Assembly: GCA_963707105.1 (NCBI GenBank)
Contig: CAVPOS010000014.1
Location: 212,621-276,620, forward strand
Length of the DNA: 64,000 nt
Source: an uncultured Gemmatimonadaceae bacterium
GTDB lineage: Bacteria; Gemmatimonadota; Gemmatimonadetes; Gemmatimonadales; Gemmatimonadaceae
Reading direction: 5' to 3'
Shown here: positions 37,001 to 47,441 of the stretch, piece by piece
Layout of the letters: every line of letters starts with the position of its first letter
Position numbering within the stretch: position 1 is the stretch's first letter
The notes under the pieces: generated by a model
What the model was told of the DNA's origin: nothing
Database searches by the model: none
What the model saw: the letters and a program-made list of their open reading frames with translations, nothing else
Translations under genes and position numbers: made by a program

Positions 37001-37733
37001 CGGCTGGGACAACCGCACGAGCATTTCGCTGAACATTTCCAACCCGCTCGCGGGCATCGACGAGCTGTTGCACGGGGCGTCGCACATGCAAGGGTGGGGA
37101 CAGCCGGCGAACCCGGACCCGACGCTCTTGCGCGTGCGTGGCTACGATCCGACGACGGCTTCCTACATCTATGACGTGAACCAGCGCTTCGGTGACACTC
37201 GTCTGGCGACGTCCGCGGTGCGCCTCCCGTTCATCATCAGCCTCGAGGCGCGCGTGCTGCTCATGGCCGACCAGGATCATCAAGGCGTCGACCAGATTGT
37301 CGGAGCGGGGCGCGTGCACGGCGGCACGAAGCTCAGCGGCCCGCAACTCAAGGCGCGGCTCAACAACACGATATTCAATCCGCTGCGCGGCATCCTGCAG
37401 GTGAAGGATTCACTCAGCGTCTTGAGCCAGGCGCAGATCGATCGGCTCACGCAGCTGCAGCGTCGGGTTCAGGCGCGGCAGGACACGATCTGGACGCCGA
37501 TCGTGGCATACATCGATGCATTGCCGGAGGTCTACGACCGCGAAGCGGTCGTGCTCAAGGTGCGCGACGGCCGCATGGCCGCGTACGACGCGATAATCGA
37601 CGCGATGATCGCGCTCAAGGAAATCTTGACGCCGGAACAGATCGAGGACTTCCCGCCGGCGCTCCGCTCGTCGTTCGACATCGACGCATTGCGCGCGAAT
37701 CGGCCGACAAAGGGGTTCTTTCCGAACTACTAA
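34063..37733 (+). CDS. Carboxypeptidase-regulatory-domain / TonB-dependent-receptor-like outer-membrane protein of about 1220 aa (one frame hop near 34480-34530)
   Basis: Signal peptide MKLSIALHRTLICFALASTCLSRVVAAQ, then LTGTVRSDSGGVIANAVVT (CarboxypepD_reg-like). Plug-like GDLMGMISQVPGITI...VVLNGLSFGGG. A long barrel-like region lies in intact ORF 34530..37733, ending in a terminal aromatic residue (GFFPNY). Confidence 0.8.
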
Positions 37734-37998
37734 ACCGCAACTGCAACTACCTCAACGCAGAGCCGCGGAGACGCAGAGGACTGCCGCTGACCTGAGGTTC
37801 ATCACGCAACGAGCCTGATTTTTTTGGTGACTGCCGCTCGGGAGGCCAATCACTCCATGGAAGCCGCGTTGCTCCATCGAGGCATCCCGAGCGGCTTTCA
37901 CAAAAACATCCGGCTCGTTGCGCGATGGAGCTCGCTTCCGCGGCAGTCCTCTGCGACTCTGCGTCCTCTGTGTCCTCTGCGTCAAGTGGTTGCAGTTG
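37734..37998. repeat. Nested palindromic intergenic element, family copy 3 (MITE-like)
   Basis: It starts directly after stop 37733. Termini are CAACTGCAAC (37738-37747) and GTTGCAGTTG (37989-37998). ACGCAGAG and CTCTGCGT lie just inside the termini. A 52-nt block at 37874-37925 is identical to copy 2. Confidence 0.75.
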
Positions 37999-38099
37999 TC
38001 AGGCGAGCCGCGCGCCAGGCTAGCTAGCTTTGTCGAGCGGGCGGTTCGACAGCGGGCGCCCGGCGAACTTCTATCGACTCACGCTTGGAGAGCACGCAC

Positions 38100-38435
38100 A
38101 TGGGACTCTTTGACGGCGTATTGGGCGGCATCGTCGGCGCCGGGATGGTGTCGGTCGTGAGCGACATCATCGACAAGCACGGTGGGCTGAGCGGCGTCGT
38201 GAATCAGTTTCAGCAACAGGGACTGGGCGACACGGTCAGGTCGTGGGTCAGCACGGGGCAGAACCAGCCCATCTCGCCGGACGAGATCCACAAGGTTCTC
38301 GGGTCGGACACGATGAACCAGCTCGCGGCAAAACTCGGCATGACGCCGCAGGAGCTGGCGGCGAAGTTGTCTACGGTGCTGCCGCAGGCGATCGACAAGT
38401 TGACGCCGGCCGGCGTCGTGCCGCCGGGCCAATAG
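38100..38435 (+). CDS. YidB family protein (DUF937)
   Basis: MGLFDGVLGGIVG...GGLSGVVNQFQQQGLGDTVRSWVSTGQNQPISPDEIHKVLGSDTMNQLAAKLGMTPQELAAKLSTVLPQAIDKLTPAG is the typical DUF937 sequence. GGAGAG lies 9 nt upstream of ATG 38100. Confidence 0.85.
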   Translation: MGLFDGVLGGIVGAGMVSVVSDIIDKHGGLSGVVNQFQQQGLGDTVRSWVSTGQNQPISPDEIHKVLGSDTMNQLAAKLGMTPQELAAKLSTVLPQAIDKLTPAGVVPPGQ

Positions 38436-38438
38436 AAC

Positions 38439-40884
38439 TCAACCGCCTCGCAGCGCCTCGACCGGATCGGCGCGCATCGCGCGGCGAGCCGGAACGAGGC
38501 TGGCGAGGAGCGCGACGCACACGAGCGATATCGTCGCGAGCGCGAACGTGATCGGGTCGGTGGCCGACACGCCGTAGAGCAGCGAACGAAGACCGCGCGT
38601 CGCGACGAGCGCCACGCACAGCCGGCCAGCGCGCCCGATCCGGCGACCGTCGCCGACTGACGCAAGACATGCCGCGCGATGTCGCTCGACGTCGCGCCGA
38701 GCGCCGCCCGAACGCCCATTTCGTGCGAGCGCTGGCTCACGACGTAGCTCATCACGCCGAAGATGCCGACTGCGCCGAGCAGCAGCGTCACGACGGCGAA
38801 TCCGCCGACGATGACCGTCGTGAATCGCGGCTTGGCGACCGAACGCGCGATGACGTCGTCCATCGCGCGCACCGCGCTCACGGGCACCGTGCGGTCGATC
38901 GACGCGACTATGCCGCGCAGTTGGCGGCCAATGCTTCTTCGTTCCCGCTCGTACGAACGACGACCGTCATCTCCGAGCCGGCGAGCATGGAACGCTGCGC
39001 GAACGGGATATAGACCGCCATCGCCGACGTGTCGCGCAGGCTGTCCAGGCGAACGTCAGGGACGACGCCGACGATCGTGATCCACGGACTGGCGAATGGA
39101 TATCCGATCCGTTTTCCGACGGCGTCGTCGTTCGGCCAGAATTGTCGCGCGAGCGCGCCCGAGACGATCGCCACCGGGCCGCGCCTTCGCGATCGGCGTC
39201 GGTGAAAGTCTGCCGCCGATGATCGGAATGCCCAGTGCGCTGAAGTAGCCCGGCGTCACGGCCTGCATGTGGCTCGCCGTCGGAAGCTCGTGCGTCGCGT
39301 CCTCGAACTGGCCCTGCACGCGCAGGCCCAAACCATAGATCGGCTCGGCGATCGGCAGCCGGTCGACCAGCCCGACGCTCGTCACGCCGGGCGTCGCCGC
39401 GAGCCGCGCGGTCAACGTCGAATAGAGGGCCGACGTGCGCGCCCTGTCCGCGTAGCTCGCGGCGGGCGGACTTACGCGCGCCGTCATGACGCGCTCGGCG
39501 CGGAATCCGGGCGAGAGGTCCGTGAGGTGCTGGAACGATCGCGTCAGCAGGCCGGCGGTGATGGCAAGGAGAACCGCGAGCGCGACCTCGCCGGCCACGA
39601 GCCCCGACGCCAGCCGATTGTGCGTGACTCCCGAGCGGGTGAGATGCGCGGCATCGGTCCCCGCCCCGCCGAATCTCCCGCTGCCCTCAGCGCCGGCAGC
39701 AATCCGAAGGCGATTCCCGTCGTGATCGCGAGGATCGCCGTGAAGGCGAACACGCCGCCGCCGAAACGGATGTCGGCGGTACGCGGCATGTTCGGAGGAA
39801 GCGAAGCGATCATCCATCGCGCGCCGGCGATCGCGAGCAGGAGGCCGAGCGTCGCTCCGATGGGTGCGACGATCACACTCTCCGTGAGCAGTTGGCGGAC
39901 GAGTCGCCCGCGTCCGCCGCCGAGCGCGGATCGCACGGTGAACTCGCGCTCGCGCGCCGTGACGCGCGCCAGCATGAGGTTGGCGAGATTGACGCACGCG
40001 ACGAGCAGCACCACCCCGACGCACGCGAACAGCAGCAGGAGCGCCGGCCGTTCGCTGCCGACGAGACTCTGCTGAAGCGGGCGCGCGACGACCGTCTTTC
40101 CGTAATCGTTGCCGGGATCCCACAACGGGTTCAGGCGGCGGAAGCTGGGGAGAATCGCCGCCAGCGTCGCCCTCGCGCGCTCGGGCGTCACACCAGGCGC
40201 GAGGCGCGCGATCCAGCGGCTGTTGCCCACGGCCCACGTTTGTCCCGCGCTGCTCTCGTCGACCGTGAGCGGCGTCCAGAAGCGCGCGTTCGTCGAGGGA
40301 AACGCGAACGACGGCGGCATCACGCCGGCGACCAGTGATTGGACGCCATCGACGAGGACGTATCGCCCGACGACGCGCGCATCGCCGCCGTAGCGATCGA
40401 CCCATAGCGCATGAGAGAGCAGGATCACGCGCCCGGCGCCCGGCCGGCTCGCCTCGGCGCCGAACGCGCGGCCGACCTCCGGTGCGACGCCGAGGAGCGG
40501 GATGAGGTTCGGCGTGATCGAGAAGCCCTCGAGTCGCGCCGCCTCGCGGTCGTCGCCGTACGTGATGCTTCGCGGACGAATCATCGCCACGTCGGAGAAT
40601 CCCGCGCTCCGATGCTGCAACGCCAACAGCTCGCCGATCGACCCGACGATGTTGGCGTCGATCGTGACCAAGTCCTGCGGCCGGCTGTATGGAAGCGGCG
40701 AGATCAACAACGCGTCGACGAACGAGAAGATCGTGGCGTTGGCTGCGATGGCGACGGCCATCGTGACGATCGCCGTCGCCGCGAAACCCGGCGCGCGGCG
40801 CAGCGAACGCAACGCGAAGCGCGCGTCCTGTCGAAGGTCGGCAAGCCACTCGATCTGGCCCGACCCTGCACGGGGACCAGCCAC
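38439..40884 (-). CDS. FtsX-like/ADOP-like duplicated ABC permease with no adjacent ATPase or PadR (frame-disrupted)
   Basis: [106 protein letters not shown]-terminus [46 protein letters not shown] (stop 38439-38441). The GTG start at 40884 is inferred. Confidence 0.8.
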
Positions 40885-40970
40885 CGTTGTCTCCCGGATC
40901 CGGAGTCGTCTGGAGAGACAACGCCAACGCGGGAAGCGTTGGGTGGCGACTCGCGCGACTCCGGCGCCCG

Positions 40971-43250
40971 CTAGCGATGATGAAAGGCGAACGCAGCGTC
41001 CTGGTGGCCCCGTTCGGCGCACGCGCCGTCCACCGCACCGTTCCCCTCCAACAATGTTCCGGCGTTCCAGAGCGCCGCGGTCAGGCTCACTTGGCCAGTA
41101 CAGTTGTTCTTCGGCGGATACAGAATGGAAATGCGATTCGAATGGAGCGTCCGGTTCGCGTCGCGGTGATGGCGCCCGGTGATCCGAATCGAGTCGACCT
41201 GGACGGTCGCCGTCGGAGTCGCCGCCGTGCCGCGCAGCGTCACATTCATACGGAAGCTCGCCCCGCCGACGCGCATCTCGCCCGCCCAATCCCCGTCGAG
41301 CGACTGTCCGCCTCCGGTCGTGTCCGCGGGCGGCGCGCCGTTTGCCGGAAGAGTGAACGCGAGCACGTAGTCGCCCATCGTCGTGTGAAGACGATCGTGC
41401 CCGCCGGCGGCGATCACGAGGTACTGGCGTCCGCCGGCGACGTAGGTCATCGGCAGCGCGTGCGCCGCCGCGGGAAGCGACTCGCTCCACAATTCCTTGC
41501 CGCTCGACACGTCGAACGCGCGGAGGTGTTGGTCGAACGTGCCGGCGATGAACGCCAGTCCGCTCGACGTCAGCAACGCGCCGCCAAGCGCGAACGATCC
41601 CCACTGCTTGGCGGCGGGAATCCGGTCCAGCGGCGGGAGCGTCCCGAGCGGCACCTCCCATTTCACCTTACCCGCCGCGAGGTCGATGGCCGTGAGCGCT
41701 CCCCACGGCGGCGGCGTGCAGATCCTCAGATCGTCTCGAGCTCATCGCGTACGGCGTGCCCACTTGCCGGCCGTACTCGATATCCGGGCGCGCGGTGTAG
41801 ACCGCGTGAAGGCTGTCGCGCGGAATGAGGCGCACGACCATCGCCAGCCGGTTCGTCGGCGCGATGAGGAACCCGCGCTGTTCGTCGACTGAGACCCCCG
41901 ACCAGTTCACACCGCCGAGATTTCCCGGCCAGATGATCGTGCCCTGCTGCGACGGCGGCGTGAAGATTCCTTGAAAGCGCAGCGCGGCGATCCGCGCGCG
42001 ACAACCGGCGCGCGCCGAGTCGGTGACGCCGAAAGCGTCGTTCGCCGAGAGACTCTCCGGCACGAGGCGAAACGCCGGCGGGGGAAACGGCTGTGTCGGC
42101 GACGCCGTCTCTCCCGGCACGTCGCTCGGGGGAACCGGACGTTCCTCGACCGGAAAGAGCGGCTTGCCGTCGCGACGGTCGAGCACGAAGACGTGACCCA
42201 TCTTCGTTCCGATCGCTACCGCCGGAATGGAGCTTCCGGCGCGACGCAGCGTGAACAACACCGGCTGCGCCGGGACGTCGTAGTCCCACAAGTCGTGGTG
42301 CACGACCTGAAACGCCCACACGAACGCGCCCGTCGACGCTCGCAGCGCGACGACCGAGTTCGCGTACTTGTTGTCGCCCAGCCGCTCGCCGCCGTAGAAG
42401 TCGGGGCTCGCGCTGCCGACGGGAATGAACACGAGGTCGCGCGCCGAGTCCGCGGAGAAGATGCTCCACGCGTTGGCGGCGCCCGTGTCGTGGGCCTTGG
42501 GTCCGATCCACGTCGCGTACGCGGGATCCTTCGCGTCGCGCGGGATGGGATCGAAGGACCATCGCAGCGCGCCGGTGCGAACGTCGAACGCGCGGATCAC
42601 GCCCTCGGGCGCGTCCACTCGATGATTGTCCGGAACCGCCGAGCCGACGATCACCAGATTCCCGACGATCGTCGGTGGCGAGGTGACGCCGTACTCCCAG
42701 TGATACTCGGGCTTGTGTCGCAGACCGGTCGTGAGATCCAGGACGCCCTTATCGCCGAAGTCCGCGCACGGCGTGCCCGTTCGCCCGTCGAGCGCGATGA
42801 GTCGGGCATTGATCGTCGCCACGAAGATTCGAATCGCGCACCTTTCGCCGGCGCGCCACCGCCCGTCCATGCGGCGACCCCGCGATTGGCGAAATCACCG
42901 TAGTCGCCGCTCAGCTCCACCGGGCCCGCGAACCTCCACCGCTCGGCGCCGGTCACCGGATCGAGCGCGACCACGCTGCCGAGCGGCGTGGACACGTAGA
43001 GCGTTCCGCGCACGAGGAGCGGTGTCGCCTCGAACCGGCCGCGGTCGGCGAGCAGGTCGCCCGTGCGCGCGACCCACGCGAGGCGCAGTCCCTTGACGTT
43101 CGCGGGCGTGATCTGCGACGCGGCCGAGAATCGAGTTCCACCGGCGTCGTTGCCGTACGACGGCCACTCGCTCGTCCGCGGCGACTGAGCGTTGGCGGCA
43201 GCGACCAGCGCCGCCGTTGCGATGACGCTACGTGGAAGTGGAGATCTCAT
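40971..43250 (-). CDS. PQQ-dependent (quinoprotein) dehydrogenase, glucose/quinate/shikimate-type beta-propeller, secreted, with a ~124-aa C-terminal extension (2 or more frame hops)
   Basis: MRSPLPRSVIATAALVAAANAQS signal, WPSYGNDAGGTRFS, EATPLLVRGTLYVSTPLGSVVALDPVTGAERW, VVHHDLWDYDVPAQPVLF, GNLGGVNWSG, HLRAFDVSSGKELW, VIAAGGH. Confidence 0.85.
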
Positions 43251-43271
43251 GGGTTTCGCGGACTGAAAGAG

Positions 43272-43468
43272 CAACTGAAACTACTTAACGCAGAGACGCA
43301 GAGACGCGGAGGCGCAGAAGAAAGAAACATTTCTCGGCAACGACCTCAGGAAGCGACGCTGTGGCGCCCCGAGGTGGTTCCCCAAGATCGCCTTTCGCCG
43401 TTGACCTCCGCGTCTCTGCGTCTCTGCGTCTCTGCGTTAAGTAGTTTGCAGTTGCGAGATCGCAGTTG
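43272..43468. repeat. Nested palindromic intergenic element, family copy 4 (MITE-like, divergent core)
   Basis: Termini are CAACTGAAACTACTTAACGCAGAG (from 43272) and CTCTGCGTTAAGTAGTTTGCAGTTG (to 43454), with an extra CGCAGTTG ending at 43468. The arms are GCAGAGAC-type units and GTCTCTGC complements. The core is unrelated to copies 1-3. Confidence 0.7.
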
Positions 43469-43552
43469 TCGGCGAACGCCACCGAAAGAATGTGGTGCGC
43501 CGAGTCAGGCGTCGAGTGCCTGAACGTATGGTTCGAGCGTCCTTTTACTGAC

Positions 43553-44204
43553 ATGGATCCCTACAAACCGACGCTGTTCGACCGCCACGGTCCCGACGCG
43601 GCGCAACTTCTTCAGGCGTTGGGGACTCGGTCTGCTCGTTTTCGGCGTGACGTCCGGCGCGTTGTTGTTGCAGATCGGCTTTCACTGGTGGGAGCTGCCG
43701 GTCGGCGCGGGAGCCGGAGCGCTCAGTGGGTCGGTCGGGTGGTTCATCGGCGAGGCAGTCGGGGGCGGATGGAGACGCGCCTCGGTGGACGGCTCCAGCA
43801 CGCCGTACGAGCGACAGTTCTCGTACGAACAATCACTCGTGATGAAGGGGCGCGTTGACGACGCGCTCGAGTCGTTCGAGGCCGTCATCGCGACGGAACC
43901 CGAGTTGATCGTCCCGCGCATCAAGGCGGCGGAGCTCTACGCGCGCGAAAAGAATGACCCTCAGCGCGCCGCCGAGTTGTTTCGCGACGTGCTGCGGTCC
44001 CCGTCGATCACGAATGGAGAGAACGTCTACGCGACGAACCGCCTCGTGGACCTGTACATCGGCCCGCTGAACGATCCGGGACGCGCTCTCGTCGAGCTGC
44101 GCCGAGTCATCGACACGCGCCCAGGCACAAAGGCCGCCGAGCACGCGCGCCGAAGCCTTGCCGATCTCAAGGCCCGCATGAATGTTGACTCTGGAGAATC
44201 CTGA
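43553..44204 (+). CDS. Hypothetical membrane-anchored TPR-like protein (one frame hop near 43640)
   Basis: MDPYKPTLFDRHGPDAAQLLQAL, then ORF 43647..44204: LLLQIGFHWWELPVGAGAGALSGSVGWFIGEAV (TM), and a helical-repeat-like DDALESFEAVIATEPELIVPRIKAAELYAREKNDPQRAAELFRDVL. Confidence 0.45.
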
Positions 44205-44215
44205 GTCGAGAGATC

Positions 44216-45250
44216 TTGATGCGTGGAAGGCGAACATTGATCGCTGTTGTCGTGACGGCGCTTACCGTTGCGCTCGGCGCCTCGTCGATCGCCGCGGCAC
44301 AGGCGCCGGGGCGGAACATTCGCGGCACGGTCCACGATTCGGCGACGGGGCAAGAGTTGAACGGGGCCGTCGTCGAGCTGGTCGGGCTGTCGGTTCGCAC
44401 CGTCGCGCGGAGCGATCAGCGAGGCACATTTCAGTTTTCTCGCGTCTCCGACGGCCGGTATCGCCTGTCCGTCCGCCTGATCGGCTTTGTCGAGTCGGGG
44501 AGAGACGTCGATGTAACTGGCCGTGACGTGTCCCTTTCGATCTCGCTGAGCCCGACCTCGCAGCGCCTGGACACGGTGCGCGTGCGCGCCAGCGTCACCG
44601 CGGTGTACGGCGTCGTCGGAACGAGCGTCGGAGTCCGCCCAGTGGCCGACGCGGCGATTCAGGTCATCGGCTCGCAGCAGAAGGGAACGACGGACAGTGC
44701 CGGGAAATTCTTCGTGTCGCTCAAGAAGGGCGGCTCGTATTTCCTTCGCGTTCATCATGCCGGGTTCGCCGACCAGTTCTTCCCCGTCGACGTGCCGAAC
44801 GATCACGCGGTCGAAACGTTCGTGCTGCTCGACTCCGGGTCCGTCGCGACAGGATCGGAGATGATGTGGGACGAGTTCGACGAACGGCTGCGTTGGCAGG
44901 GTCAGGGCGCCAGCATCGTGCCCGGCGAGGAAATCACTCGCAACGGCGGCTCGGCCGGCGACGCGATTCGAGGCTCATCGTCGTTCGTGCGGAAGGGTCT
45001 CGCGCTCGGACCTAGCGTCTGCCTGTTCGTGAACGGCGTGCCTAGGCCGGGGTGGGGATTCGACGGGATACCGCCGGAGCAGATCGCTACCGTCGAGCTT
45101 TACACGAACACCGGCGACGAGACGCACACGCTCGCTCACCAATGGCCGCACGGCGCGCAGTGCGGCCGGACCGGCGGCGTGCCGGCGCCGACGAGCCCGT
45201 TCAACCGGCGCTCGATCGTGCAGTACGCCGTGGTCTGGTTGAAGCAGTAG
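44216..45250 (+). CDS. Carboxypeptidase-regulatory-like domain protein, secreted
   Basis: Intact 344-aa ORF with signal MMRGRRTLIAVVVTALTVALGASSIAAAQA. Two CarboxypepD_reg-like modules: IRGTVHDSATGQELNGAVVELVG...SDQRGTFQFSRVSDGRYRLSV, and AAIQVIGSQQKGTTDSAGKFFVSLKKGGSYFLRV. Confidence 0.7.
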   Translation: MMRGRRTLIAVVVTALTVALGASSIAAAQAPGRNIRGTVHDSATGQELNGAVVELVGLSVRTVARSDQRGTFQFSRVSDGRYRLSVRLIGFVESGRDVDVTGRDVSLSISLSPTSQRLDTVRVRASVTAVYGVVGTSVGVRPVADAAIQVIGSQQKGTTDSAGKFFVSLKKGGSYFLRVHHAGFADQFFPVDVPNDHAVETFVLLDSGSVATGSEMMWDEFDERLRWQGQGASIVPGEEITRNGGSAGDAIRGSSSFVRKGLALGPSVCLFVNGVPRPGWGFDGIPPEQIATVELYTNTGDETHTLAHQWPHGAQCGRTGGVPAPTSPFNRRSIVQYAVVWLKQ

Positions 45251-45256
45251 CCCGCG

Positions 45257-46405
45257 CTACTTCCCGATCATGAGAATCGTGAACGACCCGGGATCACCGG
45301 CGCCTGACCGCCGCGGCCGCCGCCCGCCGGCGGCGGCGGCGCCGGCCCGCGCTCCACGCTCATGACGAAGATGTGGCCCGTCTTCGTGTCGAGCGTGAGC
45401 GTGCGCGCGCCATTCATCGTCTGGAGATTCTCCTCGACTTCGAAACTCGTCGGGACTGTTCTCCTTGACGACCGTGAGCGTGCCGTTGCTGTGCGAGCTG
45501 AACGCTTCCATCGTCTGCGGATTGAACACCGCGCCGTCGGAACCGCCGGCGAGCGGCAGCGTCGTGATGATCTTGCCGTCGTTCGCGCTCAGGATCACCA
45601 TCGCGGCTGCGGCGGCTGCGCGCCGGCTGCGGAGGTCCCGCGGCCGTGCGCGCACGCGGCAAACAGGATGTGGTTCTTCGCGTCGAGCGCGAGCCCGTTG
45701 CAGCGGCCGATGTCGCCGAACGGATAGTGCGCCGTCGTCTTCATCGTCTTCTCGTCCACGACCGCGACGCTGCCCGCTGAGTCCTGCAGCACGGCGTAGA
45801 GCGTTCCCTTGCCGTCCGAGATCGTCTGCTCCGGCGTCCGCCGCAGGGCGATCTTGCCGAGCACCGTGCCGTCGTTCGAGTCGACGACGATCAGGTCCTT
45901 CGTCGGATGGCTGCCGATGTAGACGCGGCCGTCGAAGGGGTCGAAGTAGATGCCGTCGGCGCTGAACTGCGGATTCGGCGGCGGATTCCGCGTTCGGGTC
46001 GATGGTCTTGATCATCTGCATCGACTTCGTGTCGAACATCGTGAGGTTCGGGTGGCTGCTGGCGAAGCCGTGGCCCGACTTCGCGTCCACGACCGCGCCG
46101 TTGCCGCCGCCGTTGAGGATTTTCGCCGAGCGGCTTGAGAGTCTCGAGATCGAAGACGGTGACGCGGCCCGGGACGGCCTCTCTGGCGGGCGTGCTGTCC
46201 GTCGCCGGCGACGGCGCGCACGGCGTTGCGCGTGATGTAGAGCCGGCGATCGGCGGTTGGCGTGGATGTAGTCGGTGCCACCTTCGCCGCCGACCTTGCC
46301 CGCATGAGAACCTTGTACGGACCGTCGGTGGTCGGTTGCTGGGCGGAGATCGCGAGCGGCGCGTGGGCGATCGCGAGGAGCGATGACCCCCTCGACGTGT
46401 TTCAT
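45257..46405 (-). CDS. YVTN/YncE-like beta-propeller repeat protein, secreted (several frame hops)
   Basis: MKHVEGVI start. Patches: GKIALRRTPEQTISDGKGTLYAVLQDSAGSVAVVDEKTMKTTAHYPFGDIGRCNGLALDAKNHILFAAC, VILSANDGKIITTLPLAGGSDGAVFNPQTMEAFSSHSNGTLTVVKE. Confidence 0.6.
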   Translation of the reverse strand: MKHVEGVIAPRDRPRAARDLRPATDHRRSVQGSHAGKVGGEGGTDYIHANRRSPALHHAQRRARRRRRRTARPPERPSRAASPSSISRLSSRSAKILNGGGNGAVVDAKSGHGFASSHPNLTMFDTKSMQMIKTIDPNAESAAESAVQRRRHLLRPLRRPRLHRQPSDEGPDRRRLERRHGARQDRPAADAGADDLGRQGNALRRAAGLSGQRRGRGREDDEDDGALSVRRHRPLQRARARREEPHPVCRVRARPRDLRSRRAAAAAAMVILSANDGKIITTLPLAGGSDGAVFNPQTMEAFSSHSNGTLTVVKENSPDEFRSRGESPDDEWRAHAHARHEDGPHLRHERGARAGAAAAGGRRPRRSGAGDPGSFTILMIGK

Positions 46406-46479
46406 CGGCGAATTCCCGAATGGAGGTAGGCGGAGACGGCGAGCGGGATCCCGCCACGCTGCGTCCCCCCACCACGCTG

Positions 46480-47434
46480 TCAAGCGCGGAGCGGCCGGCG
46501 AAACGGATTGTCAGCTTGACGACAGCTTCGGCGGGTCGCCGCCGTCGGCGATCCGACTCCTAATTTGCGCGGCGACCAAGTCAGGACGTAAAATTCGCGA
46601 TCCGCGCCGACGTCACGGCGCACGGATGCGACGTCGTAGTCGTTCGCCAGCGCCCACGGAAAGTGCTCGCGCACCGCGAGGCGCCACCGCCGCGCCGTTG
46701 TCGGCGATAGTCGAGTCATCCCAAGAATGTCCGAGGGGACTTCGATCAGCACCGCCTCCGGGTGGCGGTCGCCCGGCGCAAACACGTCATCGCCCTCGCG
46801 CGGAAACGGCGAGAGGAGCGGGAGTGCGCCGTCGCAACGGATGTCGCTCGACACCATCGGCGACGTTGGCGTGGTCACGACGATGCGATCGGTCGGCAGA
46901 CCGAGGTGCAGCGGGCTCGCGGTCGTGCCGTACATGTCGGGGACGTACTCCACCACGGACGCGCCGAGCCGATCGAAGTTGAAGTACGCGTTCTTGGCCA
47001 TCAGCGGGTCGAACGACCAGAAGATGCGCCGGATGCCGAGCTTGGCCAGCGCGGCCCGCTGGTACTCCTTGAGCATCCGCCCCAACCCGAGGTTCCGAGC
47101 CGACTCGCGCACGGCGAGCATGTGCGACCAGTGCGCGAGCTCACCGTCGCGGACGCCGCTCACGCCGAAGACGAATCCGACGAGCGTGCCGGAGGCGTCG
47201 AACGCGCCCGCGGCGAGTCCACCGACGTAGTCGACGACGTGCAGCAGCGTGGCCGGAACGACGTCGGTTGGCTCGAACCCCCACACCTGGCGCTGCAACT
47301 CGACGCAGGCGGCACACTCCGAGATGGTGCGCAGCGGCCGAATTTCGACGACCGGGCGTGCGCGTGAGCGAGCACCGGTCTGCCGGCGCCGGCGCGACGA
47401 CCGCCGGCACCGACAACGGCGAAGAGCGCGTCAT
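46480..47434 (-). CDS. GNAT-like acyltransferase superfamily protein (COG3375-like); N-terminal ~45 aa need one frame hop
   Basis: ORF 46480..47298 gives LQRQVWGFEPTDVVPATLLHVVDYVGGLAAGAFDASGTLVGFVFGV...HMLAVRESARNLGLGRMLKEYQRAALAKLGIRRIFWSFDPLMAKNAYFNFDRLGA. Upstream in frame is VVEIRPLRTISECAACVE with no start codon. ATG 47434 (MTRSSPLSVPA..) in another frame lies 8 nt after the S9 stop. Confidence 0.6.
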
Positions 47435-47441
47435 CGACTGC

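Noticed and set aside
39056-41038. 660-aa minus-strand ORF overlapping the FtsX-like permease and the end of the PQQ dehydrogenase.
   Set aside because: It is an alternative frame of the same strand. It is Arg-rich with no recognisable motifs, while the permease motifs lie in the neighbouring frames.
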